Positions 44,301 to 53,618 of a DNA stretch of 64,000 bases are shown in pieces (the stretch's first letter is position 1; every line of letters begins with the position of its first letter). Both the position numbers and the translations under genes were made by a program. The notes under the pieces are model-generated. The model saw only the letters and a list, made by a program, of their open reading frames with translations. It was not told the DNA's origin and made no database searches. This DNA is from a virus. Location of the stretch: the IMG/VR virus record IMGVR_UViG_3300037418_001469. One strand, given 5' to 3'.

Positions 44301-47300
44301 CTTGACTTAGATAATGACCTGAGTTCATCAATGTAGGCATCTCAATTTCAATCTTACCGAACTGAGGACCAACAATGTATGTCATATACCACCAAGATGT
44401 AAATTCGATTTGTATATTCATTGCTACATATGCTTTCGAAATATCTGTAGAAACAAAACCCTTTCCATTTGTTGCAATTTGCTGACCTGCTTTAGGAGAG
44501 TTTGTAGGATACACATATCCTTTTTCTAACTGCCAATCTCCATATACTTTGATTTCAGTCCAATCGCTAGTGTTTCCTGATGTTTGACCGTCTCCACTAG
44601 TCCAACCATTAGCCCAATCCCGTACATATCTTACGGGTTTTGCATCAAATGTGATAAATTTAGCATAGTGTGTATGGTCATGCAGAGAATGATAAGTAGG
44701 CTTTTCATTGTATGTACCTGACACCGCACTGTCATAAACGGTATACCAAGTATTGCCATCTTCTGAAACCTCAGTTTTAGTTCCTTTGTATACTCTGTCT
44801 ACACCGTATTTGTGAGATACGCTGATTTTACCAATCATATATGTAGAGCCTAAGTCAACTTTTATCCATTGATTTCCCGATGGAAGGACAATTCCACCGC
44901 TTGAAGGTGGTAAAGGATTTGCTGTGGTATCTCCCTCTAGAGCGTCAACTTCATAATCGTTAACGATTAATCCGACTGTTCCAGAAGTAGGAGCAACAGA
45001 AGTGGTTACTGTCATTCCTTTTGCCCTATTAGTGATTGTGCTATATTCCAATCCAGTATATTGCTCATTAATTCCATTAGCAGAAGGAGTGAACGGTGCT
45101 GTCTGTTGGTTGTCTGCGACAACAAACTTAGGAACAAATTCATCAACTTCATAGGTCACATTGAAGTTTGGTGATGAACCGTTATCAATAGCAACTAGCG
45201 TAGACGCATTATGAGTCTTGAAATATATATTATTTCTAGCTGTATAATCTGCCTCTACCCAACCGCCTGACGGAATAGCGTTAGCAGAAAACTCAATTCT
45301 AGAATCAGGAGAATAGTAGATTGTGTATGTATTTGCACTTGCACTTGTACGAACAGTGCTTCCTGATACTAGTTGACCAATTTTAATATTACTTGGAGCA
45401 GGACTATTTAACCATTCTCCTGCTTTTGGTCTAAATATCGTATTTCCTGTTCCTACTGTATAAAGCCTTTCGCCAACAGTACTTATCAAGTTATTACCGT
45501 TTGAATAGTTAGTTATATTCGTAATATCTTGCTCAATCTGTGCATACTGATAGTCGTATCCATATGTGGTTAATTTTGAGTATCCGCCTTCGTTTAGAAG
45601 TGGTTCGTTAACATGAAACTCCACAGCCGATTTTGACCTTATGTTTCCACTTGCATCATATATCCAATCACTTCTATCAGGTGTCCAACCGTCAGCACCT
45701 TGATATAGGATTCCACCCTCAAGTCCCATGAATGGGTCTCCAATATAAGAACCAGTTGGATAAATAAATGATAGGTCACCTGAACCACCGTAGTTAGCTA
45801 CATACATATATCTTCCATCAGGAGTGAAATCGAATCCTTTAGGGTTAGTACCAACATTGATAGTCATTGTAACTGTCTCTGTTGTAGGATTTATTTTCAC
45901 TATTTGATTTTGTCCGCCAAGTGTTACATATAGGTTTCCACCTACTACATTCATAAATGATGGCTTAGAACCAACATTTTTTATCGTTCTTACTGTAAAT
46001 GTATTCGTTGTTCTCATTGGTTCGAATGGATTCCAGTTTTCGTATACCGACTCACCTAGGAAAGCACCATAGTAATCTCTGTCAGCTTGAATTTCATCTA
46101 AAATCTGTTGTTCGTCAATTACAGAAATACTATTTGAACCGCCTAGAGAAATGAATAGTTTACCATTTATCAATCTAACGAAGTCAGGAGAATCTCCTAC
46201 TGGAATACGATACCTTACATATGTTGTTCTTGGACCCCCACCGTCAGTTTCCATACCATCCCCAATAGGACTTTCAGCAGATGTGTCACGACCAGTTAGT
46301 GCGTTGTATGGTGCAGTGCCAGTTTTATCAATAACAACCAATTCGCCATTTTCATTATCAATCACATACAATGTGTCGGCATCTGTGCTTTTTTCAATAC
46401 CATGTGGTCTGTACTTTTTAAGCGAACCGTCGGAATCTCCGTATCCACCATGACTATGACTCATAGACATACTCATTTGACCTGATTCACTTGCATTATA
46501 CTGACTACTCGCATCTCCACCTGTTACTTCGTTTAATCCGAACATAGCGTCTAGACCGCCATGAGCATTATCTGTTCCGTAGGCTGAGATAGGTATTCTT
46601 CCTTTTACCTTCCATAAATGAGAGTCGTGTGCTGATGTATCAATTACTAATACATCTCCGTCACCTGCCATAGTTATATATGTAAACAAGTTGCTATCTA
46701 AAACAAGGTCATATGGTTCGTTACCTAGAGGAATTTTATGATGAATGTATAAATCTCCATTTACTGAACTTGGAGGTGAATCTACAACGATAAATGAGTC
46801 AGGAACATTCATATCCATTGGGTCACTATTCAATACGAATAAGTGCTTGTGGTCCGCTAATTCCTCCCCAACAAATTTAATTCTAGCAGGACCCATACCC
46901 ATTTTCTTAGTATTAGTTGTTAAAACATCTTGTACTAAGTCCAACTGAACCATAGTATCATCACCTTGAACAGTGATATACGCAAAGTTACCAGTAGGGT
47001 GAATAGCAATATCAACAGGTTTTTTAGCAGGAATATCAATTGCTTTTACTTTAACACCAGTTGTTAAATCAATCTTCCATACTTGGTGTGCTCCTATTCC
47101 AGTTGCAGTATTACCTAGTAAAGCCTCTCCACTTGGATTCTCTCTCTTAAATCCATAATCAGAAGATGATGCTAAAAATAGACCGTTCTTCAATAGATTA
47201 TCTGATTGAATAACACCTGCATCCAATCCATCTACTCTTAAGTATCCGCCACCAATCAAAGTCTCACCTGTTTGGCTATTATACACTTGCATAACTTGAG

Positions 47301-49827
47301 CATCTAACCCAATGGTTGAGATGTGGTCTGCTGTAATTGAACCTGCACGAATGGAATCTGATGTAATAGCACCTGATTGAATCTTGTCTGCTGTGATACT
47401 TTGACCTGCTAACTCAGTTGTAGTTATAGCACCTGACTTAATTTGCAAAGAATCAATGCTGTTAGCTACAATTTTATCACCAGTAATTGAGTTACCTGAA
47501 ATCTTATCGCCAGTAATTGTTCCACCTGAGATAAGCTGTCCATTTAGTCTACCAACCGTTATAGTGTCCGCATTTACACTTGCAATCTTGGCATATTGAA
47601 TTGTGGCATCAGCTATCAGAGCATTAGTAATATTACCGCTAGCAATATTAGCTGTTTTAATTTCACCTGTTCCAATCTTTGCTGATGTAATAATACCATC
47701 TTTAATTGTAGCAGTTGTGATTGATGCATCAGCAAGAATACCTGACTGAGCAGTAATTGTTCCTACTTGCATACTAGACGCAGTTATGCTTGCTGTGGTA
47801 ATCGTTGCACCGTCGATAACTGTGTTACCCTGTGTATAATACTTAGAAGGAACGACTTCCTTAACCAATGATGGCTTTGTCCATTTTACTATTGCTGTTG
47901 CTCCACCTGTTCCCTCTACCGCTTCAATAAGTATTGGATACCATTGACCCTGTGTTAATGAGATAGTTCCTGTTGTTTCAACGCCAGTGTAACTAGGAAT
48001 ATTTACAACTACAGTGTTATTTACAACTATTTTTCCTAAGTCATCAGCAGTTAAATGGAATGAATAGGTTCCACTTTCAGGCGCATATATAAAACCTTGC
48101 CATCTAACAGCAAAATTGTCATTTTGACCTACAATTGTAGGAGAGCCAGTTCCCCAACTAAAGTTAACTGTTGGGTCAATTTGATGCCCTTTATAAGTTT
48201 GAAACTTATTAGTACTACTACCTGTATATGTGTAGTATTGACCTAACAAACCTTCTTTTCTAGTTCCAACTGTTAAATGGTCTGTATCAATTGCTCCTCC
48301 TGAAATTTTATCACCAGTAATTGTTCCGCCCGAAATCTTATCTCCAGTAATACTATTTGAAGAAATGTGCTGTGTCTGAATACTATTAGCCGATATATGT
48401 TGTGCTTGAATAGCATTTGCAGTGATATGGTTAGCATTAATCGCATTTGCGGTAATGTGATTAGCAGAAATCTGATTAGCAGAAATCTTATCTCCGTATA
48501 TACTATTAGCAGACAAATGTTGAGTTCGAATTGCATTTGCTGTTATATGTTGTGCATTGATAGCGTTCGCAGTAATATGTGTAGCATTGATAGCGTTAGC
48601 TGTAATATGTCCTGCATTTATACTATTAGATGATATATGACTGCTTTGAATTGTACCTGCAACAATATGATTTCCAGTTATACTATTTGAACTAATATGT
48701 TGACCTTGAATAGTATTAGATGAAATATGTTGAGAAGTTATAGCGTTCGCAGTAATATGCGTAGCATTAATGACACCTGCCTGTATATGACCTGAGTTGA
48801 TAGTATTAGCAGAAATATGACCAGTTTGAATGCTATTAGAAGAGATATGACCTGCCTGAACTGAGTTAGCTGATATATGTTCAGTTCTGATTGCGTTTGC
48901 GGTGATATGGTTAGCTGAAATACTGTTTGCTGTAATATGTTGAGCATTAATAGCATTTGCGGTAATATGCGTAGCGTTAATAGCATTTGCAGTGATATGG
49001 TTAGCCGAGACTTGATTAGCCTGTATCTTTTCACCAGTTATACTATTAGCAGAAAGGTGCTGAGTTGTAATAGCGTTAGCAGTAATATGAGTTGCAGTAA
49101 TAGCGTTTGCTGAAATCTCACTAGAGGTAATACTGTTTGCAGAAATATGTGTAGCATTTATAGCGTCTGCTTTAATTTTAGTAGCATCAATACTATTAGC
49201 AGAAATCTGATTTGTCTGTACAGAATTTGCAGATAGATGTTGTACTTGAATTGCATTTGCATTAATATGTACAGAATTGATAGCATTTGCTGTAATATGT
49301 GTAGCATTTATAGCATTTGCAGTTATTGACACTGCATTAATTGCACCTGCCTGAATTTGTGTTGCTGTAATAGTATTCGAACTAATATGCTGTGTTTGAA
49401 TAGCATTCGCACTTATTTTATCAGAAGTAATGGAGTTTGCAGAAATATGCTCAGCCTGAATAGAATACGCTGAAATATGCCTAGCCTCTATTGTATTCGT
49501 CCTGATATGGTCAGAGTTAATCGTCCCATCTGCTAAATCATCAGTAGAAATAATAATAGGGGCATTTGGCTCTTTTAAGCCACCATTTATATTACTACCA
49601 CCTCTAGCTATTGGACTTCCATTGCTCCACTCAACAGTAACCCAATCACCGACTCTAGGAATGTAGTTTCCTTCTATTCCAACCGCCTCTAGTATAAATC
49701 CGCTACCGCCCATATTTACATTGATTAGTCTGTCAGTAATTACTTGAACTACTTCACCATAATCAAGATAATTATTGTCACTTGCATTTGTTTCATATTT
49801 TAAAAATCTCTTGTTAAAGTAACCCAT
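41389..49827 (-). CDS. Giant multi-domain tail fibre/spike (2812 aa): 10-aa repeat shaft, PA14-like domain, YVTN-type beta-propeller, F5/8-like domain, distal fibre
   Basis: Dozens of HITANAINA.-like repeats; GLLGQYY...NFSWG.GSP...DNFAVRWQG...SGTYSF...DD; VGTNPKGFDFTPDGRYMYVAN; QWIKVDLG...VSEDG.TW. Confidence 0.85.
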   Translation of the reverse strand: MGYFNKRFLKYETNASDNNYLDYGEVVQVITDRLINVNMGGSGFILEAVGIEGNYIPRVGDWVTVEWSNGSPIARGGSNINGGLKEPNAPIIISTDDLADGTINSDHIRTNTIEARHISAYSIQAEHISANSITSDKISANAIQTQHISSNTITATQIQAGAINAVSITANAINATHITANAINSVHINANAIQVQHLSANSVQTNQISANSIDATKIKADAINATHISANSITSSEISANAITATHITANAITTQHLSANSITGEKIQANQVSANHITANAINATHITANAINAQHITANSISANHITANAIRTEHISANSVQAGHISSNSIQTGHISANTINSGHIQAGVINATHITANAITSQHISSNTIQGQHISSNSITGNHIVAGTIQSSHISSNSINAGHITANAINATHITANAINAQHITANAIRTQHLSANSIYGDKISANQISANHITANAINANHITANAIQAQHISANSIQTQHISSNSITGDKISGGTITGDKISGGAIDTDHLTVGTRKEGLLGQYYTYTGSSTNKFQTYKGHQIDPTVNFSWGTGSPTIVGQNDNFAVRWQGFIYAPESGTYSFHLTADDLGKIVVNNTVVVNIPSYTGVETTGTISLTQGQWYPILIEAVEGTGGATAIVKWTKPSLVKEVVPSKYYTQGNTVIDGATITTASITASSMQVGTITAQSGILADASITTATIKDGIITSAKIGTGEIKTANIASGNITNALIADATIQYAKIASVNADTITVGRLNGQLISGGTITGDKISGNSITGDKIVANSIDSLQIKSGAITTTELAGQSITADKIQSGAITSDSIRAGSITADHISTIGLDAQVMQVYNSQTGETLIGGGYLRVDGLDAGVIQSDNLLKNGLFLASSSDYGFKRENPSGEALLGNTATGIGAHQVWKIDLTTGVKVKAIDIPAKKPVDIAIHPTGNFAYITVQGDDTMVQLDLVQDVLTTNTKKMGMGPARIKFVGEELADHKHLFVLNSDPMDMNVPDSFIVVDSPPSSVNGDLYIHHKIPLGNEPYDLVLDSNLFTYITMAGDGDVLVIDTSAHDSHLWKVKGRIPISAYGTDNAHGGLDAMFGLNEVTGGDASSQYNASESGQMSMSMSHSHGGYGDSDGSLKKYRPHGIEKSTDADTLYVIDNENGELVVIDKTGTAPYNALTGRDTSAESPIGDGMETDGGGPRTTYVRYRIPVGDSPDFVRLINGKLFISLGGSNSISVIDEQQILDEIQADRDYYGAFLGESVYENWNPFEPMRTTNTFTVRTIKNVGSKPSFMNVVGGNLYVTLGGQNQIVKINPTTETVTMTINVGTNPKGFDFTPDGRYMYVANYGGSGDLSFIYPTGSYIGDPFMGLEGGILYQGADGWTPDRSDWIYDASGNIRSKSAVEFHVNEPLLNEGGYSKLTTYGYDYQYAQIEQDITNITNYSNGNNLISTVGERLYTVGTGNTIFRPKAGEWLNSPAPSNIKIGQLVSGSTVRTSASANTYTIYYSPDSRIEFSANAIPSGGWVEADYTARNNIYFKTHNASTLVAIDNGSSPNFNVTYEVDEFVPKFVVADNQQTAPFTPSANGINEQYTGLEYSTITNRAKGMTVTTSVAPTSGTVGLIVNDYEVDALEGDTTANPLPPSSGGIVLPSGNQWIKVDLGSTYMIGKISVSHKYGVDRVYKGTKTEVSEDGNTWYTVYDSAVSGTYNEKPTYHSLHDHTHYAKFITFDAKPVRYVRDWANGWTSGDGQTSGNTSDWTEIKVYGDWQLEKGYVYPTNSPKAGQQIATNGKGFVSTDISKAYVAMNIQIEFTSWWYMTYIVGPQFGKIEIEMPTLMNSGHYLSQEAPFVNNVAHRHVMSFPPSENIKEDVMKGVVAGKHRVIIRQESGKVTLDRLRFEDFQYNSRSSLLIPTSTSATLFKRYKVVSEQTKWYQGQGLQSTEGAYDTPRTNPDTGIPDKSVPIKYRVRLRTELNADGSKEERGTAYVTSSIFETGKLSTHWRRSESADVFPAHKIEKWNGSQPHKTGIQHDHLANGAVRAEKILPNTIMDWHISNYARISEHKLDLNHPTHEHGRHNIIVGAGPLGTDLHIWEDNLELLNSIENWAGASGNYGTANTLSRGDHKHDDLYLTLNGGQLTGTLNAKAINTSGNVSVTGNITVTGTVDGVDVSNLNASFVTVSANTTNHIGSGGSAHAVAVSGGANGFIDGSNYGKLLRIQDNAINQTTADGIYAKLSGNNLNGTTIGKSMEHGSNSLILGNNDWTPLIYYKSGGSAYYNSTYRGVVLSGNSTWIKVKTRLPIDPDSTYFVRAKVTKKSGAGTFYIGADSLDNNYLSISTDQAMSYNYFGATGVTIASGNTQYFEATISGYNATSGSSANKFDPEAKYFDLVMIGNYGDTSGTAETLIEWLELYKAPNTFYIGSNLVIHSGNFNTTTLNGHAGSGGSAHALANATTHGFMSFNDFNKLGTVATSANNYIHPTGDGNMHVPANGTGYNQYVLKATATAGVTQWGIVDWSELGGKPSTFTPSAHTHSANQITDLYSNIYTKSEVDTAVTNAGDIKASQANIFKNTNTFNIAGLGIKIQPSANVTNSTKLFQVNNTSGNELFSINYSGGVAIAGDFTVTGVQTYSGTTTVNGDYTVNGQLIVGGNSTLGDASTDITTVNGTLKVQNGSIQEIGKYVEVHRRPIYGIAGDLQFQTDSITFEDIVDYYDLSAFALPSVKSGATRYYRLYVIYSDDINSTQSSAGQKATIRISGGTDKDLDLPLTWGAVNGRRDWFSSYFTDLPTGNGKIQAKLATTGNNLGIRWVELVAYDKF
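48270..49530 (-). repeat. Degenerate 30-bp coding tandem repeat ([HKQ]I[ST]AN[AS]Ixxx)
   Basis: About 40 consecutive decapeptide units; a second, more degenerate block near 47330-47830. Confidence 0.9.
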
Positions 49828-49846
49828 TTGCTAACTCCTTTCTCTG

Positions 49847-51487
49847 CTATGGCAAGACATTACCGCTTGCATCTTTCCTGATTGGCACTGGTATCGCAAC
49901 CGACATTTCTGAGGATACTGGTGATTTTGAACCTTTCTTTCCTATCGCTTTAAGCCTATATTTTAATGTTACTGTATTACCACTATACCCTGCTTTTTTA
50001 TAATTATCTATCACCGAACTAGCTGAATAGTCATAAAAATAATCTACTTTCTTATTAAGTGAACTTATGTACGATGGAATAGAAGCAATTGTTCCCCAAC
50101 TCCAAGTAGCCACTATATTTCCTGATTTATTTAATTGATGTGCTCTCTCTATTACATAGCCTCCAAAGTTATTATCTAATACATTGCCACTAGCATTTTG
50201 TGATGGTGGTGTCCATTTTGCCATAGGAAAACTTATAGTTTTCTCGTATCCTACCCACCCTGAATTAACATAGTTTTGTATAGTCCTAGATTGTATTAAT
50301 GAGGATAATCCTGTCGGAGCATTTGGTGCAATATCAGGTGTTGATAAAAATATGTCATAACCTTGCAACTGCAATGTTGTTCTTTTTCTGTCTTTACTAT
50401 AATCATTATTTACTGATAATACTTTAAAAATATCATTAGTCGGATTTGTACCTAATCTAGGATTCGTAATCTCAACAATGTCTCCTACCTGAACTAATGG
50501 ATGGAATGGTATCTCGGCAGTTTCAGTTGGATATGCAAACCTCAAATCCCTCAGTATTCCTTCGGCTAATTCATGTGCTTGTGAAACATCTGTAATTAAA
50601 TCAGACATTGACCTTTGTACTTCCATGTATCTCGGTCCATACTTAGCTATTGATTCGTCATCAGTTTTTGTTATTGGGTCGAATCCTTGAACTTTTACAA
50701 CAATATAGTTTCGTACATCTGAATCACTTAATTCCATAGAGTCCGATATTAAATTAGACATTCCTAACACTAAATCAGTAGGTTCTTGACTAAAATCCCT
50801 AACTATTTTTCTCATAACAAGAGAACCGTCTTCCATAAATCTGAGTTCTTGCATAGCAGTGTCAGCTAGCAACTGGATAGCGTCCCATAGATTAGTATCT
50901 TTCGGAGTATATCCACTATCAGGTGTCCCTACCATATATAATGTCGGGTCTAATACTTGTAGAGTTATCTTGTGAGTTGGCGCAAATTCGTCCAGTAAAT
51001 CCTGTATTATATCTTCAACTATCATTTGACTATATTTTGGACCTTGAAAAATATATTTATCTTGTAATAGCTTTGATTTGTCTCTACAAGAAATTGATAT
51101 TGTTGGCTCTGAACTTGCACTTATTTCATCACCCATGTATCCTACAAATTTCTTAACATATGTAAAAGCTCCATTTATAAGAACACCTTCATATAATTCA
51201 ATTCTATGGTTTGAGTCAAAAAGAGGGTTATACACACCTGAAACTAGGTTGTAAGAACTGGCTCTATTTAGTGGAGAAAGCTGATAGTCATAGTTGTCAA
51301 TTTCCAGATTCAACCTTCCACTTCTGCTATCAAAATCATAATTACAAGAGTACGAAATAATCCTATCAGAAATATCTATTGGAGTATTTTCAAGACCACT
51401 TGTGTTCCTGTAAAACTTAACCATTATATCGTATTTTCTATTTGTACCATTTATCGCATTAACAAAGTCAGTAGATGCTGTTATCAT
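49847..51487 (-). CDS. Baseplate hub/Tal-like tail protein with C-terminal FN3-like region
   Basis: Position after the Dit-like genes; DDESIAKYG, P.VQVGDIVEI, PNAPTGL. Confidence 0.7.
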   Translation of the reverse strand: MITASTDFVNAINGTNRKYDIMVKFYRNTSGLENTPIDISDRIISYSCNYDFDSRSGRLNLEIDNYDYQLSPLNRASSYNLVSGVYNPLFDSNHRIELYEGVLINGAFTYVKKFVGYMGDEISASSEPTISISCRDKSKLLQDKYIFQGPKYSQMIVEDIIQDLLDEFAPTHKITLQVLDPTLYMVGTPDSGYTPKDTNLWDAIQLLADTAMQELRFMEDGSLVMRKIVRDFSQEPTDLVLGMSNLISDSMELSDSDVRNYIVVKVQGFDPITKTDDESIAKYGPRYMEVQRSMSDLITDVSQAHELAEGILRDLRFAYPTETAEIPFHPLVQVGDIVEITNPRLGTNPTNDIFKVLSVNNDYSKDRKRTTLQLQGYDIFLSTPDIAPNAPTGLSSLIQSRTIQNYVNSGWVGYEKTISFPMAKWTPPSQNASGNVLDNNFGGYVIERAHQLNKSGNIVATWSWGTIASIPSYISSLNKKVDYFYDYSASSVIDNYKKAGYSGNTVTLKYRLKAIGKKGSKSPVSSEMSVAIPVPIRKDASGNVLP

Positions 51488-51500
51488 TATTTTTCACCAC

Positions 51501-52565
51501 CTATAAATTTCCCCATGTATCACTAAATCCTATATTGGTATACGCAATGTCAGCATTTATAGACACTTCGTACATAGCCTCGTTTGTATTTCTCTTTCTT
51601 AATACAGACATGTCTTTCACAGATAATACAGAAGGTATGTTCATTTCGTCATATATTGTTATCTGACCATTTGCAATTATACTTTTAAGATATTCGACAT
51701 CTATTCTAGCTGTGTTAGGATAGAATTGCAGAACCTTTTGACCTAATAGCATAAAGAAGTTATCACTATAATCACTGTAGCATAGATTCACTATATTTGA
51801 TTTTCTTGTTTCTGTCTTACAAACTATTTCTAGCGTAATCTTATCTAAGAATACAATGTCTGACTTATCTTGAAGCACGCCTATGTAATATTTTCCTGCT
51901 TTTTTGATATGTATAATTCCTGTGTATTTTTTCTTTGTGAGTGATGAATTGTAACTATAGTCATCAAATTGATATAAAAATGTATATGTTCCTGTTGTTT
52001 TATCAACAGTATATATTTTACCGTATGGATTAAGCATATATAAACTACTGCCATTGTCCCATGATATATGCTCTGCTGATGCTATATCATCTGTGCTATA
52101 TATATATTTACGATTTGCTACACCATTTTCGTCAGTTATCACTATCGTAGATTTTGTAGACTCCTTATAAATAAATGCTACTTCGGTATCAATATGAATC
52201 ATAGAGGTTGGATTTGTAGGTGGAAGAACTACTGATGCTGTTCCTGTAATTGTGTATGTTCCATATGTTGTTACGCCATCTTTACTTTTTACATCAAAAG
52301 CATTAGTGCTTTTCAAAAGGAACATTCTTTCAGTGGTCCTTTTTTCAGATATTGCGATATATGCTCCGTTGATATTCGCTGTATTATTTGCATATGTTGG
52401 CTTGTCGTAAATATCTATGGTAAATTTTTGAGTTCCATTGTAGTTTAAATTTGGATTGGATACTTCACCATTCATATTGATTGTTATTTGATTTTGAGCA
52501 TTCCACGATTTTCCATTCTCTTTAGGGTTATATTTAACATCATAACCACCTAAGTTCCATTTCAT
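51501..52565 (-). CDS. Distal-tail-like protein (paralog 2)
   Basis: W.LGGY...NP N-terminus shared with the neighbour; position after the tape measure. Confidence 0.6.
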   Translation of the reverse strand: MKWNLGGYDVKYNPKENGKSWNAQNQITINMNGEVSNPNLNYNGTQKFTIDIYDKPTYANNTANINGAYIAISEKRTTERMFLLKSTNAFDVKSKDGVTTYGTYTITGTASVVLPPTNPTSMIHIDTEVAFIYKESTKSTIVITDENGVANRKYIYSTDDIASAEHISWDNGSSLYMLNPYGKIYTVDKTTGTYTFLYQFDDYSYNSSLTKKKYTGIIHIKKAGKYYIGVLQDKSDIVFLDKITLEIVCKTETRKSNIVNLCYSDYSDNFFMLLGQKVLQFYPNTARIDVEYLKSIIANGQITIYDEMNIPSVLSVKDMSVLRKRNTNEAMYEVSINADIAYTNIGFSDTWGNL

Positions 52566-53569
52566 TACACAACACCCCTATTAACTTTGGTCGCTTGTAT
52601 GTCAACACTGTATTTAGCTAGACTTCCTTCTAATCTCTCGATATTATAATCAGAAATAGCAATTCTTCTTTTTATTCCCATATCATCTATCATATCAATA
52701 AATCCTTTTGTTTTGATTTCTTTTTCTAGAGAGTACAAGTCAAGCATCAATGTATTTCCATTTGTATATATAAGTTGATTTGTGTTGAATGTCGCAAATA
52801 TGAAGCTATTCCCATCATATGTAACATCTACTATCTGACTGTAATCAGGAAGCGCAAATGAATTACATATGAATCCACTATTCATGTCAATATGATAAAC
52901 ACCGCTTTCCGTATTGCCAACGAATGAAACCACTAAGTATCCATTAACTATTTCCATTCCCCTATATGCTAGATTAGCAGGGGATATATAAGGCAATGTA
53001 AGTGTTTTTAATATACTAAGACTAGTATTAGTGTTGTATATTGTAGTACCAGATACAATCCACATAGAGCCATTATTATATTTTATTCCTGTTATATCCA
53101 AGCCTCTACCTGGGTTGAATGTTGCTTTTGTAACAGTTCCAGTACCTCCTGCAACCTTCCAAACAATATCATCTGTAGATGATTGCACAACCCAAAGAGT
53201 TTCGTCTAACTCTACGTCAAATGCTACAAAATTCTCACCGTTTGGAGTTGCTGTTATTGTTATTGATTTAGATAATGATAGATTTGAATTATAGACATCA
53301 ACTTTTTTAGTAGTATTATTCAAAACATAATATTTTCCACTTACAAATTTTATCCCACTAAGATTAGGCATAGATACTTGAGATACAACTCTTGGTCTGT
53401 TTTGATAAAAAATTGACGATAAATTATATTCTTCTGTGGTAGTTGTTGGTTGTATGATTACTGTACCGTCTAATGTGACAACAGTATCTCCAACTAAGGA
53501 CACTTGCTCTCCATATGTGTTTGGATTAATTGTAAAAGTATAATTGCCAAGTTTCCATCTATCTGCCAT
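52565..53569 (-). CDS. Distal-tail-like protein with beta-propeller-like insertion (paralog 1)
   Basis: Start reassigned to MADRWKLGNYTFTINP after GAAAGGGTG; GI.Y..G.MWI and DVTYDG propeller-like repeats. Confidence 0.6.
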   Translation of the reverse strand: MADRWKLGNYTFTINPNTYGEQVSLVGDTVVTLDGTVIIQPTTTTEEYNLSSIFYQNRPRVVSQVSMPNLSGIKFVSGKYYVLNNTTKKVDVYNSNLSLSKSITITATPNGENFVAFDVELDETLWVVQSSTDDIVWKVAGGTGTVTKATFNPGRGLDITGIKYNNGSMWIVSGTTIYNTNTSLSILKTLTLPYISPANLAYRGMEIVNGYLVVSFVGNTESGVYHIDMNSGFICNSFALPDYSQIVDVTYDGNSFIFATFNTNQLIYTNGNTLMLDLYSLEKEIKTKGFIDMIDDMGIKRRIAISDYNIERLEGSLAKYSVDIQATKVNRGVV

Positions 53570-53618
53570 CTTTGTCACCCTTTCTAATTTTTCAACGTAT
53601 GGAGGAAACCCCCTACTA

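Noticed and set aside
48270-49530. Periodic DNA repeat resembling a CRISPR array
   Set aside because: In-frame degenerate 30-bp coding repeat with synonymous variation and no unique spacers
32741-49827. Diversity-generating retroelement or shufflon acting on the tail fibres
   Set aside because: No reverse transcriptase or invertase, no adenine-specific template/variable repeat pair, and no inverted cassettes seen
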